A stretch of 64,000 nucleotides of DNA from an uncultured Trueperaceae bacterium (lineage in GTDB: Bacteria > Deinococcota > Deinococci > Deinococcales > Trueperaceae). Below the pieces are notes generated by a model, which made no database searches, was not told where the DNA came from, and saw nothing but the letters and a program-made list of their open reading frames with translations. The stretch spans positions 128,001 to 192,000 of the forward strand of contig CAWCXJ010000006.1 of the NCBI GenBank assembly GCA_963799485.1. Reading direction: 5' to 3'. Each line of letters opens with the position of its first letter. Within the stretch, counting starts at the first letter, position 1. The position numbers and the translations under genes were made by a program. Of this stretch, positions 20,324 through 30,862 are shown one piece after another.

Positions 20324-20923
20324 GTGTTCGACTGGATTCAACAAACGATGACGACGCTCGGGTATCCGGGCGTCGCCCTGCTGATGTTTTTAGAAAACGT
20401 CTTTCCGCCGATTCCCAGCGAGCTGATCATGCCGCTCGCCGGGTTTAGCGCTGCCAGCGGCGACCTCTCGTTTATCGGCGTGGTGATTGCGGGAGCAGTC
20501 GGGTCGCTTTTAGGGCAATTACCGCTCTACTACCTGGGCCGCTGGGCTCACGAAGACAGGCTCGTCGCGTGGGCCGACCGTTACGGCAAATGGCTTACGC
20601 TTTCAGGTAAAGACATCAAAAAAGCCGACGACTGGTTCGACCGGCACGGACACAAAGCGGTATTTTTGGCCCGCCTGGTACCGGGACTGCGTTCGCTCAT
20701 CTCCATTCCTGCCGGGATGAGCGAGATGCCGCTTACGACCTTTTGGCTCTACTCGGCGCTCGGCACCACCTTGTGGGTGCTGCTGTTGACGGCCTTGGGC
20801 GGGCTTTTAGGGCAAAACTACCAGCTCGTCGATACCTACCTCGGGCCGGTCTCGCTCGTCGTGCTCGGGGGGCTGTCGGTCTTTGCGGTTGTCTGGATTT
20901 TACGGCGCAGGGCGCAGCGGTAA
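20324..20923 (+). CDS. DedA family membrane protein
   Basis: LENVFPPIPSE, RLVPGLRSLISIPAG; SD GAGG before GTG 20324. Confidence 0.92.
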   Translation: MFDWIQQTMTTLGYPGVALLMFLENVFPPIPSELIMPLAGFSAASGDLSFIGVVIAGAVGSLLGQLPLYYLGRWAHEDRLVAWADRYGKWLTLSGKDIKKADDWFDRHGHKAVFLARLVPGLRSLISIPAGMSEMPLTTFWLYSALGTTLWVLLLTALGGLLGQNYQLVDTYLGPVSLVVLGGLSVFAVVWILRRRAQR

Positions 20924-20957
20924 GTCAGGGGCACACTCCCAGTGTTACCGCGCCGCA

Positions 20958-22685
20958 TCACCGTAGAAGGTAGACGCGCGCCTCGTAAGGCTCGAGCATA
21001 AACGACCCGCTAGCCGCCGCCTCGTCTACGGCGTAGTTGCCGATGACAACTTCGGCATTTTCGTAAGCTACCGTCGGCGGCAGCGCGAACTTGGGAGTAT
21101 GACCGCTGAAGTTGGTCACGACCAGCAGCCGCTCGTCCCCCAGTGTCCGGAGGTAAGCGTAAATCTCGGGGTGTTCGGCCAAAATCAGCGTGTAGCTGCC
21201 GTGTACGATGACCGGCAGCTCGTGGCGGAGTTGAATCAGCCGCTGATAATAGTAAAAGACCGAATCCGGGTCGGCTAACGCCGCTGCGACGTTGATCTCT
21301 TTGTAGTTGGGGTTGAGCTTAAGCCACGGCGTTCCGGTCGTAAATCCGGCGTTTTCGCTGCTGTCCCACTGCACCGGCGTCCGGGCGTTGTCGCGGCTTT
21401 TGGCGTAGATCATGTTCATAACCGTTTCGGGTTCCAGCCCCCGGCGCTCGACAAACTCACGGTACATGTTGCGCGTTTCGATGTCGCGGTAGTCGTCAAT
21501 AGACCCGAAGGTGACGTTGGTCATGCCGATCTCTTCACCCTGATAGATGTACGGCGTGCCTTTGAGCAGATGCAAAAATGTCGCCAGCATCTTTGCTGCT
21601 TGTATGCGGTAGGGGCCGTCGTCGGCAAAACGCGAGAGCGCACGGGGCTGATCGTGATTGCTCAGGTAGAGGCTGTTCCACCCGCCCGCCTCGAGTTCTG
21701 TTTGCCAGCGGCTCATCGACCGCTTCAGCGCGCGCAAATCCAGCGCCGTAAAATCCCACTTGCCCAGACCTGTACCGGGTTTGGTATCCAAATCGACGTG
21801 TTCGAACTGAAAGAGCATGTTGAGCTGCCCGGTCTCCTCGTGGGTGATGTCTAACGCATGTTCGACGGTCGCGCCGGGCATCTCGCCAACCGTGAGGATG
21901 TCGTAATGAGAGAGCACCTGTTCTTTCATCTCGGTCAAGAATTCCGGCAACCGTGGCCCGTGCATCACCAGCGCGCCGGGGGGTTGGAACAAGCTGTTGC
22001 TGATGATCGGCGCGTCGGGGAGGCCGGACGCTTTGGAGATGAGGTTGATGACGTCCATCCGGAAACCGTCGATGCCTTTGTCTAGCCACCACCGCATCAT
22101 CTCGTAGATTTCGTTACGGACAGCCGGATTCTCCCAGTTGAGGTCGGGTTGCTTGGGTGAAAACAGGTGCAGGTAGTACTCGTCCGTGGTTTCGTCGTAT
22201 TCCCACGCCGAACCGCCGAAAAACGATTCCCAGTTGTTCGGCGGGCCGCCGTTTTTGCCAGGACGCCAGATGTACCAGTCGCGTTTGGGGTTGTCTCTGG
22301 ATTTGCGCGATTCGGTGAACCACGGGTGTTCGTCGGAGGTGTGGTTGACTACCAAATCCATCAGCAGTTTGATGCCGCGTTCGTGCAACCCGGCGAGCAG
22401 CTCTTCCCAATCTTTGAGCGTCCCGAATTCGTCGGCAATCGCCCTATAGTCGCTGATGTCGTAGCCGTTGTCGTCGTTGGGGCTTTTGTACACCGGGGAA
22501 AGCCAAAGGGCGGTAATACCGAGCTTTTGCAAGTAGTCGAGTTTCTGGGTAATCCCGCGCAAATCGCCGATGCCGTCGCCGTTTGAATCCTTAAAGCTGC
22601 GCGGGTAAATCTGATAGACGACGCCTTCTTTCCACCACAGCTTTCGGGCCGTCGGGGGCTGTATCCCTTTTTCGGTTTGCGTCAT
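20958..22685 (-). CDS. GH13 alpha-glucosidase / oligo-1,6-glucosidase
   Basis: YQIYPRSF, DLVVNHTS, QPDLN, GFRMDV, TVGE, SNHD. Confidence 0.93.
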   Translation of the reverse strand: MTQTEKGIQPPTARKLWWKEGVVYQIYPRSFKDSNGDGIGDLRGITQKLDYLQKLGITALWLSPVYKSPNDDNGYDISDYRAIADEFGTLKDWEELLAGLHERGIKLLMDLVVNHTSDEHPWFTESRKSRDNPKRDWYIWRPGKNGGPPNNWESFFGGSAWEYDETTDEYYLHLFSPKQPDLNWENPAVRNEIYEMMRWWLDKGIDGFRMDVINLISKASGLPDAPIISNSLFQPPGALVMHGPRLPEFLTEMKEQVLSHYDILTVGEMPGATVEHALDITHEETGQLNMLFQFEHVDLDTKPGTGLGKWDFTALDLRALKRSMSRWQTELEAGGWNSLYLSNHDQPRALSRFADDGPYRIQAAKMLATFLHLLKGTPYIYQGEEIGMTNVTFGSIDDYRDIETRNMYREFVERRGLEPETVMNMIYAKSRDNARTPVQWDSSENAGFTTGTPWLKLNPNYKEINVAAALADPDSVFYYYQRLIQLRHELPVIVHGSYTLILAEHPEIYAYLRTLGDERLLVVTNFSGHTPKFALPPTVAYENAEVVIGNYAVDEAAASGSFMLEPYEARVYLLR

Positions 22686-22818
22686 AACTAAGCCTACCCC
22701 ATAAGAATTTTTTAGCGTCGATTTTTTGATGTTAGCCGTTCGGAGCATGGCAGGGCAAAGGGTTTGCAAACCGCAGCCGTGTCGTCACGCACCGCCTACT
22801 TCGTTGGGAGTTGGAAAG

Positions 22819-23505
22819 TCAACCGGGCTGCCGCAGCGAGAAGCTTTGAAGCTGCCCGGAATAGGGCGTAACCCGCGCGCCTTGCTGCAACAAAAGCAGC
22901 CCGGAAGCGTCGACCCCGGCCCCGACGCCTTGCTCGAGCCCTCCTGCCGAGAGTAGCTCGAGGCGTTCCCCCAAGAGCAGGTCGAAAGGTGCGTAGGCTT
23001 CGCCCAAGTTAAACGTTTTATCTTCCAGATGAGCCAATCCGCGCCCCAGGCCTTCTAACACAACCATCTGCGCGCCTTGCACGTCCCACCCGCGTAACCC
23101 CACCGCGCCGTCCGGTACCTCGTTATTGACGTTTAAGCCGACGCCGATTAAAAGGTGTCCCTGCACCTGTTCGACCAGCAGCCCTGCCAGTTTTTTGCCT
23201 CGGTAAAAGAGGTCGTTAGGCCACTTGAGCCCAGCCTTTACGCCGTAAGTCGGCAGCACCTCGGCAAGACCGAGCGCGAATACCAGCGCCGCGTAGGGGG
23301 GTGCAGCCTCGAAACGCACGGCGAGGGTTTGGTAGCTGCCGCCCCGCCCCGCCGACCAGTCGCGTGTCCGTCGTCCCCGCCCCGCCGTCTGACACGCCGC
23401 CTGCACCACCAGCCCGTGAACGTCTTCACCCACTGTTAAACGCCGCCGCATCTCGTCTTGCGTCGAGGGCAGAGTATCGAACGAGACAAGCTTGTAGGGA
23501 ATCAT
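22819..23505 (-). CDS. birA: Biotin--protein ligase (no HTH)
   Basis: QTAGRGRR, KWPND, KLAGLL, GVGLNV. Confidence 0.92.
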   Translation of the reverse strand: MIPYKLVSFDTLPSTQDEMRRRLTVGEDVHGLVVQAACQTAGRGRRTRDWSAGRGGSYQTLAVRFEAAPPYAALVFALGLAEVLPTYGVKAGLKWPNDLFYRGKKLAGLLVEQVQGHLLIGVGLNVNNEVPDGAVGLRGWDVQGAQMVVLEGLGRGLAHLEDKTFNLGEAYAPFDLLLGERLELLSAGGLEQGVGAGVDASGLLLLQQGARVTPYSGQLQSFSLRQPG

Positions 23506-26500
23506 GTGACGAATGCGCCTTCAGCTTCACGGCGAATGCTAAAGACCCGGCTGACGCCCCCTTGCGTCGTGACGCCCCACAACGACGAGGCGACCTCCAT
23601 CGTCGCTTTTTGGTGGGTAATCAGCACAAACTGTGTGCCCCGCTGCGAAAGTTCGCCTAAAAAAGCGCAGAAGCGGCGGATATTGGCCTCGTCCAAGGGC
23701 GCGTCTACCTCATCCAAGATAGCGAGCGGCAAGCCCGAGGTCGGGTTTTCCGGTGTCTCCCCCGAAGTCATCAGCGCAAACAAAAAGGCGAGCGCGCCCA
23801 TCGTTCTTTCGCCGACCGACAAGAGCGAAAGCGCCCGCGTCTGCTTCGTCGGGGGTTGCAAACCGAGTTTGAGCCCTGCCGGACGGCCCTCTTCCCAGAC
23901 AAGTTCGGCGCTCGCCTGTGCGCCTGCGCCGAAAAGCCTCTCGGCGTACCCGGCAAAACCTTTTGCCAGCGCTTCCGTCCCGCTCACCAGCCGAACCCGC
24001 ACGGCGTCGTCCAGGTCGCTCAAGACTTTGGAGAGTTCGGCGGCGGCGTTTTGCGCGTCGCTCATCTGCTTTAGGAGGTCGTCCAGCCGCGCCTGCTGCG
24101 CAGCGTACTCCTGAGCGGCGCGGTGATTGACGGGGCCGAGGGTCGCTAGTTCGGCGTCTACTTCGCCGAGGCGGTCGCGTAAAGCCTTGAGGCCGCTTGG
24201 TAGCGCCGCCACGCCAGCCGGAAAGCCCCGGTGTTCGCTCTCGGCAAGTTCAAACGCGGCCTCGCGGCGTGCCAGCGTGAGATTCAAGGTTTCCAGTTCA
24301 CCTGCGAGCGCGGCCTGCTGACGGGTGAGCGTCTCCAGCAGCGCGTCCGCGTCCGCTTCGGCCCGCTGCGCGGTTTCATATTGCACTTGTTCGGGCGCGT
24401 TTTCGGTGGGCAAGGCGGCTTCGGCAGTTTGGAGCGTGGCCGCAGCCACGTCTCGAGCGGTCACTGCTTCGGCTATCCCTGCCTCCAGTGTACCCAACTG
24501 TGTGCGGAGCGCCGTAAAACGCGTCTGCGCTTCGGCGAAACGCCGCTCGGCGGCGCCAAAGGCGCGCCTTCGTTCGCGCCACAGGGCCAGCGCGCCGTGC
24601 GCCGCCGCGACCTGCGCCCGCGCGTCGCCAAGTAAACCCTGCAACCTTTCCTCCTCGGTTCGTACCGTCTCGAGGGCTGTTTGCAGGGGGGGCAGGTGGG
24701 GGCCGTCCGGTTCGGGGGGAGCCTCGAGCGTCTCCAACGCACCCCGAAGCCCCGCCGCGCGCCGGGTCAACTCAGCCTCAAGTGAAGCGCTCGCCGCCGC
24801 CCTTTCACGGGCCGTCGCCAGCGCTTTGGCGGCAGCTTGCTGCCGAGACTGCGCCGTAGCGAACACCTCACGCTGCGCCTTGACCTCGGTTTGCCGGGCT
24901 GTCAGCGTTTGCGTCAGCGTGTCGGCGAGCATCTGGGCGGTTTCCGCGTCCTGCTCGGCGCGCCTTAGGTCGGCGGCGGCCCCCAGCAGCAACCCGGCAG
25001 CTCCCGCGCGGCCCCCGGAGATTGCGCCGTAAGCCTCGAGCACATCCCCCGTCAGCGTCACAAACCGGGGCCGGGTACGGTGCTTTTTAGCAAGTGATAC
25101 GGCGTCGGGTAGCGTCGTCACGAGCGCCGTCCCGCTTAAAAGCCCCTGCACGAGCCCCCGAAAGCGCGCGTCGCTCCCCGTTACATCACTTGCCAGCGCG
25201 ATTATGCTCTCCTCGGCGGCGAGCGCGGGCGGCAACGCCTGAATACGGTTTTGCATGAGGTCGAGCGGCAAGAGCGTTACCCAGCCTCCGGCTTGCCGGA
25301 CATGCGCCAAAACCTGCTGGGCCGCTGCTGACGACTCGACGACGACGTGTTCGGCGCGCCGACCCAGCGCGCCACCGACCGCCTGCGCGTACTCGGGCGG
25401 CACCGTAATCAGGTCGGCGACCGAACCGATAACCCCGGCGATCCCTGAAGTCAAGGCGCTTTTCGGTCCCTGCGCGTAACCGCGCCGCGCCTCGAACGCC
25501 GCGCGCTGCCGTAAAAGCGCCTGCGTTCGCGCCTGCGCGTCGGCAAAGGCGGCGGCGTGCTCACGCTGGACGGCTACGAGCATTTCTTGAAGGGTCTCGA
25601 GGCCCTCCCGCAACGCTGCCAACGCACCGTCCGCCTCGGCAAAAGTCGTTTCCGCGCCGTAAGTATCGGCCTGGGTCAGGGTTCGCTTTTGTGTTTCGAC
25701 CTCGGCAAGCTGTGCGAGGAGTCCCTCCCGGTTTGCCGTATAGCGGGCTCGAGCCTGGGCCGCTTCAGCGTCGGCGCGCCTTGCGGCCTCGAGCCTCTGA
25801 CCTGCCGCGACGACTTCAGCGCGCACTTTGCTCAGGCGACGCTGAAGCTCGGTCTCTCGTTCCTGCGCCACAGACAAGGTTTCTGCGTGAACGGCTTCAG
25901 TTCCCTCTAAAGGTTCGGGCGGGGTCAGCGCCGCCAGCACGTGGAGCTCTTCAGCGACCCTCGCCCGGTCACGTTGCACCCCTGCCAGTTGACCCTCTGC
26001 TCCCCGGAGCTTTTCAGCCGCGACGCGCACATCACCCCGGCGCGCCTCCGCGTCGGTCATAAACTGCCGGTAGCGGCCCTCGGCCCGGGTGAGGTTGTCT
26101 TTGATAACGCGGCGAGCCTCTTGCGCGTCGGCGAGCGCTTCGCGGCCCTCGAGGAGGTGCGCCCCCAACCCTGCCCCCTTCTCACGTAGCCCCGCCAGCT
26201 CCGCGCTGAGCCCTTCGACCCGCCGCAGTGAGAGCGTAAACCGGAGCCGGAGTTGCTCACGGGTCAGCGCCCCGGCACGTTCGGCTTCGGCGGCCTCGAG
26301 CGCAAGCGCTTCGGCCCGTTCACGCAGTGTCCCGCAGAGGTCGTCCAAGCGGGTGAGGTGGGTTTGGGCTTGCTCGAGGCTCCCGAGCGTCGCCTCGCGC
26401 CGCGACGCGAGCTTCGCCACGCCGACGCTCTCCGCCACATACGCGAGCAATTTCGGCGGGTCGGCCATCAAGACACTGCTGACCTCGCCCTGTCCGATGA

Positions 26501-26897
26501 CCGCCAGGCCGCCGCGCCCGAGGCCGGTACCGGAGAGTTCATCCTCCAGATCCAAAAACCGCGCCGGGCGCCCGCCGACTTTGAGTTTGCTCTCGCCGTC
26601 GCTTGTCAGGGTGCGCGCCACGTTGATATGGCGGCCTTCGTGCTCGAGACCCAAAGTCACCTCGGCAAACCCCAGACTGCGTTTGCCCGCCGAACCGTGA
26701 AAGATGAGTTCGCGTTTGTCCGAGGCCCGGAATTCACCGGCTCGGCCTCCGCTCGAGGCCCACCGGAGCGCGTCGATCAGGTTCGACTTGCCCGAACCGT
26801 TCGGCCCGACAATCGCCGTTACCGGGTCGGTAAACTCGACGGTCGTTTTGTCGGCAAAGCTCTTAAAACCCTGGAGCGTGAGGGAAACGAGGCGCAC
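23502..26897 (-). CDS. smc: Chromosome partition protein SMC
   Basis: GFKSF, GPNGSGKSN, coiled coils and hinge, LSVGE signature, LDEVDAPLD. Confidence 0.95.
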   Translation of the reverse strand: MRLVSLTLQGFKSFADKTTVEFTDPVTAIVGPNGSGKSNLIDALRWASSGGRAGEFRASDKRELIFHGSAGKRSLGFAEVTLGLEHEGRHINVARTLTSDGESKLKVGGRPARFLDLEDELSGTGLGRGGLAVIGQGEVSSVLMADPPKLLAYVAESVGVAKLASRREATLGSLEQAQTHLTRLDDLCGTLRERAEALALEAAEAERAGALTREQLRLRFTLSLRRVEGLSAELAGLREKGAGLGAHLLEGREALADAQEARRVIKDNLTRAEGRYRQFMTDAEARRGDVRVAAEKLRGAEGQLAGVQRDRARVAEELHVLAALTPPEPLEGTEAVHAETLSVAQERETELQRRLSKVRAEVVAAGQRLEAARRADAEAAQARARYTANREGLLAQLAEVETQKRTLTQADTYGAETTFAEADGALAALREGLETLQEMLVAVQREHAAAFADAQARTQALLRQRAAFEARRGYAQGPKSALTSGIAGVIGSVADLITVPPEYAQAVGGALGRRAEHVVVESSAAAQQVLAHVRQAGGWVTLLPLDLMQNRIQALPPALAAEESIIALASDVTGSDARFRGLVQGLLSGTALVTTLPDAVSLAKKHRTRPRFVTLTGDVLEAYGAISGGRAGAAGLLLGAAADLRRAEQDAETAQMLADTLTQTLTARQTEVKAQREVFATAQSRQQAAAKALATARERAAASASLEAELTRRAAGLRGALETLEAPPEPDGPHLPPLQTALETVRTEEERLQGLLGDARAQVAAAHGALALWRERRRAFGAAERRFAEAQTRFTALRTQLGTLEAGIAEAVTARDVAAATLQTAEAALPTENAPEQVQYETAQRAEADADALLETLTRQQAALAGELETLNLTLARREAAFELAESEHRGFPAGVAALPSGLKALRDRLGEVDAELATLGPVNHRAAQEYAAQQARLDDLLKQMSDAQNAAAELSKVLSDLDDAVRVRLVSGTEALAKGFAGYAERLFGAGAQASAELVWEEGRPAGLKLGLQPPTKQTRALSLLSVGERTMGALAFLFALMTSGETPENPTSGLPLAILDEVDAPLDEANIRRFCAFLGELSQRGTQFVLITHQKATMEVASSLWGVTTQGGVSRVFSIRREAEGAFVT

Positions 26898-27070
26898 AGG
26901 GGTGAGTCTACCAAGCTTGAAGCGAGAAGGCGCTCAGGCCAGGGCGAGCAGGACAACGCAACCTTTAGAGGCTATCGTCACCGAGCATTCTGATAACGTG
27001 GCGAGCAAACCGGTCTTTGACTTCACGGTGTCTGGGGATAGGCTGCGACATCTTTGTACGCGGATTTATG

Positions 27071-28172
27071 TGAGGGGTGTGCACATAAAGGAATAAGGGG
27101 TGAGCCTCCGTTAGTCTGGAACTGCTATGAACGAGAAAACGAAGGCTCAAGACACGGTAACACTCTCCTTAAACGCAGTGCTGAATATAGTGGATGAGCT
27201 GGCGCTCCCGGCTGACTCGGGCAACACCGAGTATTCGACCCGGAGTAAGCTGAAGCTTTACCTGTACATGCTTGTCAAGCACGTTATGGGCTTCAAAACA
27301 CTCGCTAAGCAGTTGCGACTTAAAGACGGGCTGCTAAGCCAGTTCGGTTTGACGGCCCCTCCTCACAGAACGACCCTGAGTCGGCGCTTCAAACAGTTGC
27401 CCTTGGTGTTGCGCGCACAGGTGCGTACCATCCATGCCGACTTTGTGGCCGAGGGCGTCACCCCGGTAGACGCGATGAGTGTCGATTCGAGTCTGATGCA
27501 CGCACAGGTTAAGGCTGAAAGCCTCAGCATTTTCAATGCTCACCTGTTGGCAACGTCTGGCACAAGAAGCAGCGAGCCAAAGGGGAGCTGCCGAGCTGTG
27601 GCAACATCGACCAGGAGGCGCATTGGGGCAAGAGCGGCTGTGGGGAGTGGGTCTACGGCTACCGGCTTCACTGTTTGGTGAGCGGCTGTTCTGCTGCTTT
27701 ACCCTGTGATGTAGAAGTCGCTGCGGCTAACGTCAAAGATGCGCGCGTGTCTAAGGACCTTCTCGCCCCCTCTATACCTGAAGCAACCCAAGTCCTCTTG
27801 GATGACGGCGGTTTTGATGAAGGAGAATGCTACACGCTTTGTGACGAAAAGGATGTCAGCCTCGTTGCGCCCATCAAAGTTAAAGCCAGCACCCCGCCGG
27901 AACGACTCGAACGTGCTCGTCTCTACCACGACCCCGAAGTGCGCGCAACCTTCGCCTTGAGAAAAACCACCGTCGAACCTTTTCAGGGTCGGCTTAAAGC
28001 TCTGTTCGAGCTCGAACATCTTTGCATGAAAGGTATCAAATGTTAGAACCCTCGTTATTCTTGCCACCCTCGCTTACCTACTGCTCGCTAAGCTCAATCA
28101 CCGGCTGGGCCTCGACCTCCTCAAGCTCCAAGACACCCTTATCGCCGTCAGGTGAACCTTGCACACCCCTCA
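27071..28172 (+). mobile_element. Degenerate insertion sequence (~1.1 kb, DDE type, IS5/IS982-like)
   Basis: Perfect 13-bp terminal IR TGAGGGGTGTGCA (27071-83) / TGCACACCCCTCA (28160-72) around a transposase; no target duplication recognised. Confidence 0.88.
27127..28155 (+). pseudogene. DDE transposase disrupted by a 41-nt insert and a second frameshift near 28036
   Basis: PHRTTLSRR, VDSS, WVYGYRLH, DGGFD, RKTTVEP; C-terminus ...DTLIAVR* in another frame. Confidence 0.88.
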
Positions 28173-29242
28173 GGTAGGTACAAAAAATTCCTGATACCCT
28201 CAGTTGTCGAGCTCAACGAGGATGGGAAAAGCGTCCCCTATGGGAATGCTGTTGTCTAGTGAGGTAATGGTGAGGGCCGGTTCGTCTTCACCATGCTGCA
28301 GCTCAACGGATTGTTGAACTCTTGGAGAGTCTGGAATTGCCCTACATGCGGATAGAACTGCCAACCCTACGCAAAGCTATAAGTACGCACTAGACTTCAC
28401 GCTGTCACCCTTCGTCCTGCCTAGAGATATCAAACCCGCGGAACTCGTTTGTCTACCGTATTTGAGACCCGTAGCATAAACTATAAACTCGTACAAATGC
28501 AACAAATCTTTTCTTAACCGAGTTTTAATTTCGCAGCTATTTTTTGCTGATAGTTTATGCTGTTAAATCAACGCGGCGAACCGTCATCAACGCCAACGTA
28601 AGTTTGTATCAGCTCCCCTAGCACCCTTCTCATGTCCGCCCTTCCGGGCTCACCTTTGCCTTGAACTGGCGGGGTAGTCATGTCGGTATCGTGCCTGCTA
28701 CCTGGCTGTAATCCGTGTCGCCCCGTTTGCCGCGCTGGTCGGGCTTCGGCTCGGCGTATCGGTTTGCGACTGGCTAACCTTCGGCTCAAAGGCTACGCAG
28801 CACCTCCGCTGCAATCGTCCCGAACTCTTCCCATGCTCTCGCACTACCGCGTGCCCGGCGGCCTCGACGTTCTTCCCCGCGAGCCGCGCGAACTCATTTA
28901 TACGCTTTATAAGCGTGCAAGCCGGTGACGTAGGTTGTAAGGCCATTATTCTCGAGAGCAGCGCGGGTGTCCTCACGGTTCGCTAGGTGGGACGGGGTGC
29001 CCGGTTGACCAACGCCAAGACCTTCGTCTTGCCGCTCGAGAGCGCTGAACCGTCATTAGCGCAGCATTAATGGCGATTTTTCCACGCAGCCTTCCGGCCC
29101 GTCACGCGCACAAGAAGCCTGACTGGTTGAAATGCGCTTCACCCTGATACTCCCGTTCTGATTCCGAGTCGGCTTAGAGCAGGTAAGCCAGCTAAAGTAT
29201 GTCACTGCCTAAGCCTCGCCTATCCGACTGCGCGTTGCCGCT

Positions 29243-30394
29243 TTAGAAGTCCGCTAATTCCTTCGCTGCCGGCAGCGCCGTCGCCCCCTCGAACGCGTTG
29301 ACCTCTTCGATAAACCGTTTGAACGAATACGACGCGTCGTGCGGGCCGGGGCTGGCTTCGGGGTGGTACTGCACGCTAAAAACCGGGTAACGGGTGTGCG
29401 CCATGCCCTCTAACGTCCCGTCGTTTAAGTTCACATGCGTCGCACGAAACTGCCCGCTCGGAATCGAAGCGATGTCTACGGCGTAGTTGTGGTTTTGGCT
29501 GGTGATTTCAACCTCACCGGTAACGAGGTTTTTCACCGGCGTGTTGGCCCCGTGATGCCCGTGTTTGAGCTTGTAGGTGCTGCCGCCGACCGCCAAACCC
29601 AAAAGCTGATGACCCAGACAGATGCCGTAAGTCGGCAAGAGCCCCAACATCTGCCAGACCGTATCGTGGGCGTATTTGGGGCCCGCCGGGTCGCCGGGGC
29701 CGTTGGCGATCACCAGGCCGTAGGGGTTCAAGGCCATAATCTGCGCGGGCGTCGTTTGGGCCGGAACGACGATGACTTCAGCGTTGGCCTGCTCGAGCTT
29801 GTACACAATCGAGTGCTTGATGCCGAAATCCATGACGACGACCCTGGGGTTGTCCTTAAAGGTAGGCCGCGCGTAAGGGAGCGGCGTTGTAACCTCGGGC
29901 GTCAGGTCGCGCCCGTCGATGTCTTCGTGCGCTCTTGCCTGCTCGACGAGCGCCTCACCGCCCGCTTTGTCCAGCTCGCCGTGCCGGATGACGCCCTTGA
30001 CCACGCCGCCCTGTCGCAGCCGCCGGGTCAGCGCGCGGGTGTCGATGCCTTCGATGCCGACGATTTTATGCTCTTCCATAAAGCTCTGCAGGTCTTGGTT
30101 GGCGCGGTGGTTTGAGGCCGTGCGCGAAAACTCCCGGACGATAAACCCTTTGGCAAACGGCCTGTTCGACTCCATATCGTAGACCGACACGCCGTAGTTG
30201 CCGATGTGCGGGTACGTCATGGTGACGATCTGCCCGTGATAGCTGGGGTCGGTCAAAATCTCCTGATAGCCGGTCATCGAGGTGTTGAAGACGATTTCGC
30301 CGACCGTTTCGCCGTGATAGCCGAACGCGTAGCCGTAATAGACGGTGCCGTCTTCTAGCGCGAGCGCGGCGGGGGGTTTGTTTAGGAGCGGCAT
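29243..30394 (-). CDS. carA: Carbamoyl-phosphate synthase small subunit
   Basis: [42 protein letters not shown]. Confidence 0.97.
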   Translation of the reverse strand: MPLLNKPPAALALEDGTVYYGYAFGYHGETVGEIVFNTSMTGYQEILTDPSYHGQIVTMTYPHIGNYGVSVYDMESNRPFAKGFIVREFSRTASNHRANQDLQSFMEEHKIVGIEGIDTRALTRRLRQGGVVKGVIRHGELDKAGGEALVEQARAHEDIDGRDLTPEVTTPLPYARPTFKDNPRVVVMDFGIKHSIVYKLEQANAEVIVVPAQTTPAQIMALNPYGLVIANGPGDPAGPKYAHDTVWQMLGLLPTYGICLGHQLLGLAVGGSTYKLKHGHHGANTPVKNLVTGEVEITSQNHNYAVDIASIPSGQFRATHVNLNDGTLEGMAHTRYPVFSVQYHPEASPGPHDASYSFKRFIEEVNAFEGATALPAAKELADF

Positions 30395-30598
30395 AGAAAC
30401 CTCATAGGGATAACCTAGCATTTATACCAAGCACCGTCCGGTTTAGAGCAGTCTAAAGCGGTAGGACGCTCGGCAGTACGCGTATGACGATGACCTGCGT
30501 CCGCCGAAAGTACACCGTCGGAGCAAGCCGCGAGATTCGCCCCCGGTTTTTGTGAAGGTCGCCGTAAAAGCGCCGAGGAGCGGGGCCTGTACGTCACC

Positions 30599-30810
30599 CT
30601 ACTCTGCCGCCGCCGTAAACGGGTAGCCGGTTTGAGAAAGCTGCTGCTCGAGCCGCCCCTGCATCATCTGAGTTACCTCGGCGTATTCCGGCACATTGAT
30701 GAGGTTACGCAGTTCACCGGGGTCGGCCTGAAGGTCGTAAAGTTCGCTGATGTCGTCGAGCAAATCCGGATAGGTCACGTATTTCCAGCGCTCCGTGCGT
30801 AGTTTGATTT
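30599..30810 (-). pseudogene. C-terminal fragment of a sulfatase (not in ORF track)
   Basis: LRTERWKYVTYPD...ELYDLQADPGELRNL...*; no in-frame start. Confidence 0.75.
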
Positions 30811-30862
30811 GTCCATATCGGAGACATTATGTAAGCTCCTTTCTAAGTGTTAATCTAGCCTG

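Noticed and set aside
19922..20923. 333-aa ORF with extended DedA N-terminus
   Set aside because: Extension overlaps two better small ORFs in other frames; DedA starts at GTG 20324
28568..29070. Short ORFs next to the IS
   Set aside because: Interrupted, with no recognisable domain; probably remnants
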